A stretch of 64,000 bases of DNA from an uncultured Ignavibacteriales bacterium (GTDB taxonomy: Bacteria > Zixibacteria > MSB-5A5 > GN15 > FEB-12), in NCBI GenBank assembly GCA_964544635.1, contig CAZJCK010000003.1:19973-83972 (forward strand), read 5' to 3'. Shown here in pieces: positions 9,392-19,051 of the stretch (position 1 is the first letter of the stretch; every line of letters starts with the position of its first letter). The notes below the pieces were generated by a model. It searched no databases and was not told the DNA's origin. It saw nothing but the letters and a program-made list of their open reading frames with translations. A program made the translations under genes and the position numbers.

Positions 9392-11440
9392 CTAATTGAG
9401 GAAGTTCCAGACGAAACCGTAGTAGAAATACTGGCCGAGGAAGGTGAAGCCTTCGCGCTCGGAGTACAGGGCGTTGAGGTTGTTTTCGAACACGACGTGG
9501 AAGGTGAAGTCCTTGAGTCGGGCGGCCAGCCTGGTGTTGGTGATAAAGTCGCCGGCGAGGTTGTCGACCACGAAACCGTCGTACTCGCCCGTATAGACGA
9601 TCTCGCCGTAGGCGAAGAAGTGCAGCAGCCGCTGCGGCCAGTAGAGGTTGATTTCGCCGCCGATAAATGCCTGGTATTCCGGAATGTATGCCTTGTCGTC
9701 GAATTGCTCATAGTCGGTCCAGTGATAGGAACCGCCACTGCGCAGCCAGAGGAAGTTGAACAGCTGCAGTTGCTGCTGGACGGTTACGCCGGCAAAGGTA
9801 ATGTCACCGTTGTCAGGGTAGAAGTAGCGATAGCTGATACTGTCGCTGAAAAACTCGTTGCGCCAGTCTATGCCGTCGATTATCTGACCACCGGTCACCT
9901 GGACGCCGGCCCAGGTATCGGGGGAGCCGTAGTGAAACAGGAGGCTGCCGGTCAACTGGCGTTCCGATTTGAGGGTTTCGTTGCCGCTGTCGGCGTAGTC
10001 GGTGGTTGTATTGTAGATCGTTTTGCGCTGGAAGGGAAGGTAGAGTTCATAGAGTGACGGCGCCCGTTCGCTGTAGCCGATCGAGGTGTACAGGAAGGCG
10101 CGGTCTGACTCGTTGAGCCACGTAATGGAAGCGCGCGGCAGGAAGCGGTAGTCTTCTTCCCAGTTGGAGCCGATGGTCAGGCCGAAGCGAGAGCCATGGC
10201 TGGTCTTGATGAGGCGAATGTCGCCTTTGAGGCGGGCCCGTTGGTGACGGGAGCTGGCGGCGTCAAACTCAACCTTATCGGCAGCGGCATCGAACGAAAC
10301 GAGGTAGCCGCCAAGACGGCGCTGGTGGGAGGCAAACAAGCCGTCGACGAAATAATCGAGATTGGCGGCATAGATGCCGGTGATCTTGCTTCCCTGGCGC
10401 TGCCAGTTGTAGCCGAGCTCCCAGCGCTCAGAACCGTCGTCGGCATGCCAGTCGGCCGAAAGGTGGGCAGAGCGTTCGAAGCGGTCGCGATTGACGACCC
10501 GTCCCCCCAGATTCGGCCGCACCGAGAACGGACCGGAGCGGTCGTATAACCAGATGTCAGCATTGAACCCGAAGCTCTCCCCCATCGGCTCGAAGATGCG
10601 TCCGAGGTAGTGGCGGGTGTCGTCGTCGCGACCGAAAGCGGAACCCTCGGCATTGCGGTAGCCGATGGCGAGGTCGATTTCGCGATGGTTCTGAAACTGC
10701 TTGGCAAACCGTCCGCGGAGATGGTTGAAGGCAAACGAACCCTGGTCGACGATGAAGGCGGAGCGGGCCGGACCGGCCTCGACTTTGCGCGGCGCCGTAA
10801 CGAGCGTAGCGACCGACGTCGGACCGCCGAACAGCTGGCCGGCGGCGCCCGGGAGAACGTACAGGTCGGTCGATTGGGCGATCGGGATATCATGCATGTC
10901 GACCTGACCGTCAGGTTCGATGACATGTTCGAACGGGCGACGGGATTCACCGAAGCTGATCACATTAAGACGGTCGCCGCTGAGGCCGAAGGGCGTGATG
11001 ATGGTGCGCATCGGCGTAGTCTGGTAATCGAGGGCGAAGTAGGACGGATCGAATTTGAAGAAGTCGCCGGCATTCTTGAAGATGGAGCGACTGACGGCGT
11101 CACGTTGGTTCAGGCGCTGCGGCGCAAAGTAGGTCAGCAGGCTGTCGTGGAAATTCAGTCGCGGCGGACGCTTGATCTGCGAATCCTGGAACTCCTTGAG
11201 CCGGTCCTGCATGCGGAAACGTTCGGCCTCGCCAACTATAACAGTATCACCCGTTTCGGGGTCGATGCGCATGAAATCAGGCAGGGAGTCGGCCCTGGTC
11301 GTATCGGTGGTCGATGTATCGGCGGTGATAGAGTCGGCCGTGGTCGTGTCGGCGCGGGTGGTGTCGGTTTCGATCTGCTGCGCAGGAAGGGTGGTGTGCG
11401 CGCAGACGGTGACAAGTATGGCAGCAGCAAGTATTCGCAT
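9392..11440 (-). CDS. Putative outer-membrane beta-barrel protein (TonB-dependent-receptor-like size and composition)
   Basis: 682 aa. Signal peptide MRILAAAILVTVCAHTTLPAQQ, alternating aromatic/polar beta-strand composition, and an aromatic-rich C-terminus YYGFVWNFLN. Confidence 0.55.
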   Translation of the reverse strand: MRILAAAILVTVCAHTTLPAQQIETDTTRADTTTADSITADTSTTDTTRADSLPDFMRIDPETGDTVIVGEAERFRMQDRLKEFQDSQIKRPPRLNFHDSLLTYFAPQRLNQRDAVSRSIFKNAGDFFKFDPSYFALDYQTTPMRTIITPFGLSGDRLNVISFGESRRPFEHVIEPDGQVDMHDIPIAQSTDLYVLPGAAGQLFGGPTSVATLVTAPRKVEAGPARSAFIVDQGSFAFNHLRGRFAKQFQNHREIDLAIGYRNAEGSAFGRDDDTRHYLGRIFEPMGESFGFNADIWLYDRSGPFSVRPNLGGRVVNRDRFERSAHLSADWHADDGSERWELGYNWQRQGSKITGIYAANLDYFVDGLFASHQRRLGGYLVSFDAAADKVEFDAASSRHQRARLKGDIRLIKTSHGSRFGLTIGSNWEEDYRFLPRASITWLNESDRAFLYTSIGYSERAPSLYELYLPFQRKTIYNTTTDYADSGNETLKSERQLTGSLLFHYGSPDTWAGVQVTGGQIIDGIDWRNEFFSDSISYRYFYPDNGDITFAGVTVQQQLQLFNFLWLRSGGSYHWTDYEQFDDKAYIPEYQAFIGGEINLYWPQRLLHFFAYGEIVYTGEYDGFVVDNLAGDFITNTRLAARLKDFTFHVVFENNLNALYSEREGFTFLGQYFYYGFVWNFLN

Positions 11441-11958
11441 CAGTGTTGTTCCCGTCGATATATCCGTCGGGCTACCGGAAACAGCAATGGAAAAATAACC
11501 ATATTTGATACAATCGAGACGCCGGCCCAGACGATCCCGGTGATGAAGCGTGGCCAGAACGGTTGAAACAGCCAGGCGTCGACAGTGTTGACCGGCAGAT
11601 AGAACAACAGGGCGGCGAGAGCGCCGAAGAGTGCGAGCTGGATGATGAGTGTGGTGTTGTTCTCGCGGTCGCGATAGGTGGCACCGAAGAGAGCTCCGAG
11701 CAGGCCGACTAAGGCGGCGCCGGTGACCTGGGCCAGCGAGATAGGCAGGGCGGCCGGGCCGTACGGGTTGAAGGTGGTCCAGAGTCCCATGCCGACGGCG
11801 CCGACGAGGAGTCCGGATGAGGGCCCCCAGAGGAAACCGGCGGTGAAAACGATGAAGAAGATCAGGTTGACGTTCGGTAGAAACGAGGTCGCCCAGGAGA
11901 AGACATAGACGAGGGCTGCAAACAGGGCAATGCGGGTCAGCCGGGCCGCGCCCGTCAT
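11440..11958 (-). CDS. Small polytopic membrane protein (ECF-transporter S-component-like)
   Basis: 172 aa with 5-6 TM segments. Stop and start are coupled to both neighbours (ATGA and TGATG junctions). Family assignment is only by general resemblance. Confidence 0.5.
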   Translation of the reverse strand: MTGAARLTRIALFAALVYVFSWATSFLPNVNLIFFIVFTAGFLWGPSSGLLVGAVGMGLWTTFNPYGPAALPISLAQVTGAALVGLLGALFGATYRDRENNTTLIIQLALFGALAALLFYLPVNTVDAWLFQPFWPRFITGIVWAGVSIVSNMVIFPLLFPVARRIYRREQH

Positions 11959-14267
11959 CGGATTATGAGCACCTTCACGGTCTCCTCGGCCAGGATGTTC
12001 TGCCGGTTGCGACTCTCGAAGAGGCGGGCAACACCGAGGTAGACACCGGAGGCGACATCAGTACCGAAGGCGTTGGTCATGTCCCAGGAGATTTCGGCAA
12101 TGACCTCCTGCTCCGTCGGGACAAACAGGTTGCCGGGGCTGGCGTCGACCGTGGAGTCCATCGACAGGATACGTTCGCCGGCCACCGTGTACAGGTCAAG
12201 CGCCATGAAGGGGCTGAAGTACAGCGGCATCGACAGTTCGTCGGTGGGGATCTGGAAACGGAAGGTTACTTTCTTCTCGGTCATGTCGGTGAGAACGGCC
12301 GGGTTGGGGTAGGCCGAGAGGATGGCCGGTGGCACGTTGATGGCGGTGGAGTCGACATTGAAATCGTAGCGGGCTTCATCGGCTGAGTCTGAAACCAGCA
12401 GGTTCAAGCCGAAGCGCGTTTCTATGGTCGAGTTGTATGAATAGTACTCGCGGTTAGGTGCGGCGGGAGAGAGGATGAGGGTAATCGAACGGTACTTTCC
12501 CGTAGCTGGCACGCCGAGGTCGAGCAGCCCGGTCACCTGGCCGGGGGGAAGGAGCAGGCGAGCCACCTCGAGCGAGTCGAGTTTGTCGGCGTACTGCAAC
12601 ACGACACTAAGGCCCCAGGGATCGATGAACTCCGGATCGAGGCCGATGCCGAGTTCGAGCACCGACGAGGTGTCGGACCAGATACTGTCGAAGGGGGCAT
12701 TGGTGATTTCGCGGATCTGACAGGAATCGGTGCACACCGTCGAATCAAATGAGAGGCTGTCGCAGTCGGCGGCGGTAAGCCAGTCGTCTGTGGTTCGCAG
12801 GTTGCACAACGGATAGGTGCCGGCGCGACAGACCCAGCAGGTGGTGTCGACATAGGTGTCGCTGCCGGTGGAATCGATCCAGTCCTGCGCGGAGACCCAG
12901 TAGGTGGTGTCGTCACCGACGACCGCCTGGGTCTGGTCGAGTTTGAAGTAAGCGGCGCCGAGGTGTTCGGGGTTGTATATACTGGTGTCGCGGGTCAGCA
13001 GGAAATCGAACTCTGTAAAGAGTCCGAGCAGATTGTCGGGGAACTGCGGGTAGTTGGCCCTTTCTTCGTAGCCCTGAAGGTTGTAGGGCAGGGGATCGGC
13101 GCGATCTCCGGTGAAGAGATTCCACAGCGCAAACTCGCGGAAGGCGGTGGCGAGATTCTGTGTAAAGTCGGTTTGCTCGAGCAGTACGTTGTGCGCGGCA
13201 AGCAGGAAACTCGGCCCCACATTGAGCGTGTCACAGTGCTCCCAAATCTTGCGGATCAGGTCGCGGCCATCCAGGCTGTCGGCAAATTGCGGATAGGTAT
13301 CAAAAAACTCCACCATGAACAAGGGAAAGATGCCCGAGGCGTACGGCCGCAGGTCGGATATAGCGTTGAATTGCTGCAATGACAGTCGCGGGTCGTTATA
13401 GAAGAAGGGGAGGATCAGGTAGTAGTCGTTGATTTCGTCGTACTGCTCCTCTTCCATCCAGACCGCCGACATCTCCATCCAGTACCGTCGCACGATACCA
13501 TCCGTCGTCGTTTCATGCTCGAGGTAATCGTACTCGAAGTGAACGGCATGGAAGAATTCATGGGCGGCGGTGACGCGGACGGCGTTGAGCGGGTTGTCGT
13601 TGTAGGTCAGGAAGGCCGGACCCTGGTAGTCGTTGTCGATTTCGATAAACGAGGTGGCACGGGCTTCATCGGGGGTGCGCAGGTATGCCGAGTCAAGATA
13701 GGTCAGGCCGTAGACTCCGAAGGCGCCGACATTGCTCAGGTAGACGTCGTACAGGCTGTCTCCCCCGCCGCCGTAGAAGCCGTCACTCACGGGCATGCGA
13801 TAATTGAGGGTGTCGCGGAAATAGACATAGACCGAGTCAAAGATACGGGCGGTCGAGACAACGTAGAGCGGCACACCGGCCGTGTTGGTGTCGGTGGCGC
13901 GGTAGACAGCGTGGTCGCCGAGCCGGTTGTAGTGGATCTTGAAGTAGCCGCCGGGGCTGTCGTAGGTGTTGGCCCGGTTGGGGCGGGACGGCAGGCTGGC
14001 GGCATAGCGCCGGAGCAGGTCCTTGTCGAACTGGTCGTAGTTGAGTTTGAAGTCGAGGACATATGACATGCCACACTTGATCGGGTGGGGTTGATCCTCC
14101 CCCGGCAGCGTAAGAGAGGCGGCCATCTTGTCCGGCATCTGGTCGAGCTGGCCCGTCACCCACATGTAATTTTCGATGATCTCAATCTGTCGTTCACGAT
14201 CGATTTCGGCCGAGACCGATCCTGCCAGGGCGGTAAATATAACCGCTATTATCACCAACCGTCGCAT
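11955..14267 (-). CDS. Secreted HExxH zinc-metalloprotease-like protein with a C-terminal sorting-type beta domain
   Basis: Signal peptide MRRLVIIAVIFTALAGSVSA and HEFFHAVH (HExxH). The C-terminal GVYLGVARL...VKVLIIR resembles FlgD-Ig/T9SS-type sorting domains. The ATG at 14267 is preferred over the TTG at 14270. Confidence 0.6.
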   Translation of the reverse strand: MRRLVIIAVIFTALAGSVSAEIDRERQIEIIENYMWVTGQLDQMPDKMAASLTLPGEDQPHPIKCGMSYVLDFKLNYDQFDKDLLRRYAASLPSRPNRANTYDSPGGYFKIHYNRLGDHAVYRATDTNTAGVPLYVVSTARIFDSVYVYFRDTLNYRMPVSDGFYGGGGDSLYDVYLSNVGAFGVYGLTYLDSAYLRTPDEARATSFIEIDNDYQGPAFLTYNDNPLNAVRVTAAHEFFHAVHFEYDYLEHETTTDGIVRRYWMEMSAVWMEEEQYDEINDYYLILPFFYNDPRLSLQQFNAISDLRPYASGIFPLFMVEFFDTYPQFADSLDGRDLIRKIWEHCDTLNVGPSFLLAAHNVLLEQTDFTQNLATAFREFALWNLFTGDRADPLPYNLQGYEERANYPQFPDNLLGLFTEFDFLLTRDTSIYNPEHLGAAYFKLDQTQAVVGDDTTYWVSAQDWIDSTGSDTYVDTTCWVCRAGTYPLCNLRTTDDWLTAADCDSLSFDSTVCTDSCQIREITNAPFDSIWSDTSSVLELGIGLDPEFIDPWGLSVVLQYADKLDSLEVARLLLPPGQVTGLLDLGVPATGKYRSITLILSPAAPNREYYSYNSTIETRFGLNLLVSDSADEARYDFNVDSTAINVPPAILSAYPNPAVLTDMTEKKVTFRFQIPTDELSMPLYFSPFMALDLYTVAGERILSMDSTVDASPGNLFVPTEQEVIAEISWDMTNAFGTDVASGVYLGVARLFESRNRQNILAEETVKVLIIR

Positions 14268-15103
14268 CAAGAATTCTCCCGACGTTGTTGAGCCTTACGT
14301 TTCATCTTTTCCAGTACCTCGAGCGGCACCTTCTGTGAACCAACCATGCTGTGCCTGTCGCCGCGCCCGTGAAAGTCGGACCCACCCGAAACGAGCAGGT
14401 TGAAGCGGGAGGCTTCGTAGCGGTATCGGCTGGTATCACTGTCACTGTGGGCGGGATGGTAGATTTCGACGCCATCAAGTCCGAGCCGTACGAGATCTTC
14501 GATATGCCGCCCGACATTCCCGATTCCGGGATGAGCCAATATAGCCAATCCGCCGGCGTTGTGAATTAACGAAATAGCCTCGGCGGGTGTGAAGTTTTGT
14601 TTGGGGACATAGGCCGGCTTGCCGGTGGCGACATACTTGTTGAAGGCTGCGTCGAAGGAGTCGACGGCACCGTGGTCGACCAGGGCCTGGGCGATGTGGG
14701 GGCGGCCGATGACGGCGCCGGCGGCAACCGACTCAACGTCATCGTAGGTAAGGTCGATGCCGAGTTCGTTGAGACGGTCGACCATCTTCTCCCCCCGCCG
14801 GCTGCGGCGATCCTGGAATTCGGCGAGAGCGTCGATCAAGGCATCGTCCTCGGGGTCGAAGAAATAGCCGAGCATGTGCACGTCGTCATCACCGATCGAG
14901 CATGACAGCTCGACACCGGTGATCAGCTCCGGGTCGTTTGGTTTGAGCATCTCGATAATCTGAAAATAACCGCCGAGGGTGTCGTGGTCGGTGACCGAGA
15001 ACGCAGCGACGTTTTCGCGCCGGACGATCTCGAGCAGCGTGGACGGTGTCACGATACCGTCGGACTTGTTCGTATGCATGTGCAGGTCGATGTGGTTTGC
15101 CAT
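14267..15103 (-). CDS. PHP-domain phosphoesterase (TrpH/YciV-like)
   Basis: 278 aa. IDLHMHTNKSDG and VTDHDT motifs, with GGSDFHG near the C-terminus. Confidence 0.85.
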   Translation of the reverse strand: MANHIDLHMHTNKSDGIVTPSTLLEIVRRENVAAFSVTDHDTLGGYFQIIEMLKPNDPELITGVELSCSIGDDDVHMLGYFFDPEDDALIDALAEFQDRRSRRGEKMVDRLNELGIDLTYDDVESVAAGAVIGRPHIAQALVDHGAVDSFDAAFNKYVATGKPAYVPKQNFTPAEAISLIHNAGGLAILAHPGIGNVGRHIEDLVRLGLDGVEIYHPAHSDSDTSRYRYEASRFNLLVSGGSDFHGRGDRHSMVGSQKVPLEVLEKMKRKAQQRRENS

Positions 15104-15172
15104 GTCCCGTGGATGTGCTTCTTAGACGTTTGACGGCGCGATTGGTTCGTTTTCCGCCCCGATACAACGAAG

Positions 15173-16099
15173 TTAGGCCTCTTTCCCTTCCAGAGCAACC
15201 ATTGCTTTGATTCTCTCCTCCAAAACCTGATTCGCGGAGAATCGTTCCAATTGAAGATAATGGCCGGCGACATCGAGGAGCGCCTCGTTGGGCACCAATC
15301 CGACGATTTCTGATGAGACCACCCGAACATTGTCTTCGGCCGCGATCCTGCATATGGCGTCGAACACCTTGTACAAAGGGGTGACGGTGAAATTGGTCAG
15401 GTTCATCGAGACCTGGACCTGGCCGCGCTTCCGGATCAGGAAACCGAGGGCGCGGACATGCTCGAAGCCGCCATTGCTGGCCCGTATCTTCCGGGCGATG
15501 CGATCGGCTATCTCCTGCTTGTCGGTGTCAAGGAAGACATTGAAGGCGATGAGCGGGAAGCGTACGCCGACAGCCGTGGCGCCGGCGGTGGCGTGGAGCT
15601 TCCTCGGGCCGAAGTCGGGGGCGCGGGTCGGGTCGTCGGCGATCGCCTCTTTCAGTCCTTCGAACTGGCCCCGGCGGATATACGCGAGGCTCCGGCGTTC
15701 CGGCCGGGTTGCCGATTCCTCGTACAGGTAGACCGGGATACTCAGCTCGCTTGCCACCCGATCGGCCAGTTGTCTGGAGAGGGCGACCGCTTCGTCGACG
15801 GTGATGTCGGAGATCGGTATAAGAGGGCAGACATCACAGGCGCCGATGCGAGGGTGGACGCCGTCGTGATGATTCAGGTCAATCAATTCGGCCGCTTTCT
15901 TGTATCCGGCAAAAGCGGCGTCGACAATCCGGTCGGGGTGGCAGACATAGGTGACAACTGCGCGGTTGTGGTCCTCATCGGAGTGGACATTCAGGATCAG
16001 CACGCCGGGTATTTCGGCGATGGCGGTGGTGATGGCGTCGATGATCTCCGGCCGTCGGCCGTCGGAAAAGTTGGGTACCGCTTCGATCAGTTTCGCCAT
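15173..16099 (-). CDS. ftcD: Glutamate formimidoyltransferase
   Basis: 308 aa. The N-terminal VPNFSDGR and HSDEDHNRAVVT motifs are typical of the formiminotransferase domain. No cyclodeaminase domain is attached. Confidence 0.8.
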   Translation of the reverse strand: MAKLIEAVPNFSDGRRPEIIDAITTAIAEIPGVLILNVHSDEDHNRAVVTYVCHPDRIVDAAFAGYKKAAELIDLNHHDGVHPRIGACDVCPLIPISDITVDEAVALSRQLADRVASELSIPVYLYEESATRPERRSLAYIRRGQFEGLKEAIADDPTRAPDFGPRKLHATAGATAVGVRFPLIAFNVFLDTDKQEIADRIARKIRASNGGFEHVRALGFLIRKRGQVQVSMNLTNFTVTPLYKVFDAICRIAAEDNVRVVSSEIVGLVPNEALLDVAGHYLQLERFSANQVLEERIKAMVALEGKEA

Positions 16100-16117
16100 C
16101 GCTGCAGGTCTTTCCGT

Positions 16118-17074
16118 TCAGAGAGTAATTTTGGCTTTCAGCGCCCAGGCCAGGAGCGGCAGCAGGATCTCGTGGTGACCGACAAAATTATACCCGTCGC
16201 CGCCTTCGGCGGTAGGGCGCCTGACGACATTCTCCATCGGGCGGTAATGCGTGATCATGTCAAAGTTGGCCGAGACGAGCATATGGTTCGGGCTTGAAAG
16301 GTTGCGTGCGACCGTCAGCGCCTTTAGGAATACTTCCGGCAACAACACCGCCGAACCGATGTTGGCGACGACGCCACCGTTGTCGAGATCGCGGCAGATA
16401 TCGGCGAGGATGCGAAAGTCGCGGTGGGACGCGGCCGCCATGGCAGCGGCGTCGTATTCAGGATGCTGCGCGATGGTGTCAGTGCCGATACCGACGTGGA
16501 CCGTGACCGGCACATCGAGGGCATCAGCCCCGGCGAAGACACACAACTCGCGGTGGGGAGCGTTTTCATTGTTGATGAACCTCCCCCCCGCTTCACCGAG
16601 GCCGAGATTGTCTCTGGCGGCCAGGTCGGTGACGGCGCGAAAGAGCTTCGAGGTCTCCTCGACCATCCCGAAACTGCCGTCGGCCAAACCCTTCTGGACA
16701 TCTTCAGAGGTACCGCCGAAGAAGGCGAGTTCGAGGTCGTGGATGAGGCCGGCGCAGTTGAACGAAAGGCCGGTGACGATACGGCGCTGCATCAGGTCGA
16801 TAATGATTGGCGACAGCCCGACCTTGATGACGTGGGCGCCCAACATCCAGTGAAAGGGGAGGTTTTTCCCGCGGGCGCGGGCGACATGGTCCAGGAAGGC
16901 TCTTAAGTCGGCGGCTTTGAGGAAGTCCGGTAACGAGTCGAGAAAGTCGTTGATACCGTCACTGTCGACCGGCTTGCCGAAACGATCGATGGCTGTCTTG
17001 GTGGGTCGGTCGTTGACGGAATACCGTTTTACCCTGGTCAGGTCAACCGGCTGTGGTTTCTTTGAGTCAGCCAT
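16118..17074 (-). CDS. Conserved hypothetical, deoxyhypusine-synthase-like fold suspected
   Basis: 318 aa. The segment MLGAHVIKVGLSPIIIDLMQRRIVTGLSFNCAGLIHDLE follows the LG..(n)G....I..L....V.....AG...D pattern of DHS-family proteins. Weak call from memory. Confidence 0.35.
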   Translation of the reverse strand: MADSKKPQPVDLTRVKRYSVNDRPTKTAIDRFGKPVDSDGINDFLDSLPDFLKAADLRAFLDHVARARGKNLPFHWMLGAHVIKVGLSPIIIDLMQRRIVTGLSFNCAGLIHDLELAFFGGTSEDVQKGLADGSFGMVEETSKLFRAVTDLAARDNLGLGEAGGRFINNENAPHRELCVFAGADALDVPVTVHVGIGTDTIAQHPEYDAAAMAAASHRDFRILADICRDLDNGGVVANIGSAVLLPEVFLKALTVARNLSSPNHMLVSANFDMITHYRPMENVVRRPTAEGGDGYNFVGHHEILLPLLAWALKAKITL

Positions 17075-17080
17075 ACGGCG

Positions 17081-17935
17081 TCAGAAGGTTTCGATTTCGC
17101 CCAGTTCGAAATTGGTCAGCTCGGCGCTGATCGACCCAACCAGGACTTTGGATTTCATCTGGACCGGCATGTGCAGGCGGTCGTCGGTCAACCAGACCTT
17201 GAGCTGGCCTTCCTGCTTGAAGGCGCCAACCGACTGGAGCATCGGTTCAACGACGATGCAGTCGAAGGTACCGGCCGGAACGCTCACGGTTTCCCGTTTG
17301 TGTATCTTGACTTCCAGCGGATAAAATTTGCCGCTGTCAAAATGGTCGATATGAATCGTGGAGCCGACTGTTAAGTCCTGGGTGCGGACAAAGTAGAATG
17401 CCGACAACACGTCCTGAACATAGCGTGGCACTTCGAAGGTGTCGTTGTTGTAAAAGGCCTGCCCCTCGACCTGATCGAACCAGAACTCGCGGTCGGACTT
17501 GTAGGAACCTTCGCGAAGTATTTTCTCAAAACGCCAGCTGAACAGCCCGACAGCATCCATGATCGATTCGAGGCGATCGTCAACCTTGTAGAAAGTTGAG
17601 AAGAAACTGTTGGACTGGGCCCGGGATACGATGCGATAGGCCGGGCGGCCGTTGTACTCGACCACGTCGGCGACCTCGACGCTGGCGGTGCCGGCATTGA
17701 TGAAGCCGTAGTTGATATCGAAGGTCAACTTTTCGCCGATGCCGAAGGCGACATTGTCGATCTGACGGTTCAGTCCTGTTTCGGTCGGTGGCGAGATCGG
17801 CTCGCCAAGGGCGGGCTGAGTGAAACCGAGCCACAGGGCCACGAAGTAAAGTATCGGAATAACACCGACCATAATCAGTAACACCACTCCAAGTGAGGGC
17901 CATTTCCATCGTTCAGGCATGTTGCTTTTCGTCAA
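17081..17935 (-). CDS. DUF3108-like membrane-anchored protein
   Basis: 284 aa with an N-terminal TM. The GEKLTFDINYGFINAGTASVEV pattern resembles DUF3108. Confidence 0.5.
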   Translation of the reverse strand: MTKSNMPERWKWPSLGVVLLIMVGVIPILYFVALWLGFTQPALGEPISPPTETGLNRQIDNVAFGIGEKLTFDINYGFINAGTASVEVADVVEYNGRPAYRIVSRAQSNSFFSTFYKVDDRLESIMDAVGLFSWRFEKILREGSYKSDREFWFDQVEGQAFYNNDTFEVPRYVQDVLSAFYFVRTQDLTVGSTIHIDHFDSGKFYPLEVKIHKRETVSVPAGTFDCIVVEPMLQSVGAFKQEGQLKVWLTDDRLHMPVQMKSKVLVGSISAELTNFELGEIETF

Positions 17936-18410
17936 TCCTTTTTACAATTTCCGGCAATTGTCGCCCCAGAATCTCACCGATTTCGAGGAACGTCTGGTTG
18001 TACTGGTCGAGGGCCTGGCCAATCGGGTCCTCGACACCCTCTCCGACCGGAGAATCGTCCGGGAAGTTCTTAAACAGGAATACCTTGTGTTTCGCCTGCG
18101 GGGCCACCTTGAGGATCTCTTTCACGTGCGACGGGGTCATGCCGAAGACGATATCGGCTCGGTCGACAAGATCGCGGGTGAGCGATTGCGAGCTGTGGCC
18201 GCTCAAATCGGCGTTCCAAATCTTGACCGCCTCGGCGGCGTACCTGGTGGCCGGAAAACCGGCCGCAGCGGCGACCCCGGCCGAGATCACTTCAGACTTG
18301 CCGGGACGCTCCTTCTCGAGCAGAACGCGGAGGCCGGCCTCGGCCATGGGAGAACGGCAGGTGTTACCGGTGCAGACGAAGAGTATGACAAACGTATTAT
18401 TCTCAGTCAT
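17913..18410 (-). CDS. Low-molecular-weight protein-tyrosine/arginine phosphatase
   Basis: FVCTGNTCRSPMAE (the CX5R P-loop of LMW-PTPs). 165 aa. Confidence 0.85.
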   Translation of the reverse strand: MTENNTFVILFVCTGNTCRSPMAEAGLRVLLEKERPGKSEVISAGVAAAAGFPATRYAAEAVKIWNADLSGHSSQSLTRDLVDRADIVFGMTPSHVKEILKVAPQAKHKVFLFKNFPDDSPVGEGVEDPIGQALDQYNQTFLEIGEILGRQLPEIVKRIDEKQHA

Positions 18411-19051
18411 GTCGCTTTCAGTTCTCTGGTGATTTTTTCAATCTCCGATCGAGCGATGGCGCCTTCGCGGAGGATGCGCGGCGGGACGGCGGTGGTGTCG
18501 ATGACGGTTGAGGCCACCCGGTCGCAGGGGCCGGCATCGAGATACAGGTCGACGCTCTCGCCAAACAGGGCCTCAATTTCGGTTGCGGTGGCCGGGGTCG
18601 GTTCGTTGGAACGGTTGGCCGAGGTCGCCGAAAGCGGCAGATCAAGTGCCGAACAGATCTGTTCGATGATTGGGGCCGGCGACACCCGCAAGCCGATCCG
18701 TCCGTTCTCCGCGGGCGGTTCCGGATAGCCCGGCCGGGCGTCGATGACCAGGGTGATCGGCCCGGGCAGAAAGGCGCCCGCAAGGGCGGTGGCGGTGCTG
18801 TTCATACGGCCGAATTCGGCGAGCTGGTCGATCGATCTGGCGAAGACCGCCATCGGCATGCTGCGCGGTCGTGACTTGAGCTCGAAGATCCGTTCGATCG
18901 CAGCTTGCGAGAGGGTGTTGCACAACAGACCGTACTGGGTTTCCGTCGGCGCCACGATCACCCCTCCCCCTTTGAGGATAGCAACCGCCTCGCGAATGAT
19001 GCTTGCATCCGGACGGTCATAGCTGATCTGAATTCGCTTAGTTTCCCTCAT
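18407..19051 (-). CDS. tsaC: L-threonylcarbamoyladenylate synthase (YrdC/Sua5 family)
   Basis: 214 aa with GGVIVAPTETQYGL and SATSANRS motifs. Confidence 0.85.
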   Translation of the reverse strand: MRETKRIQISYDRPDASIIREAVAILKGGGVIVAPTETQYGLLCNTLSQAAIERIFELKSRPRSMPMAVFARSIDQLAEFGRMNSTATALAGAFLPGPITLVIDARPGYPEPPAENGRIGLRVSPAPIIEQICSALDLPLSATSANRSNEPTPATATEIEALFGESVDLYLDAGPCDRVASTVIDTTAVPPRILREGAIARSEIEKITRELKAT

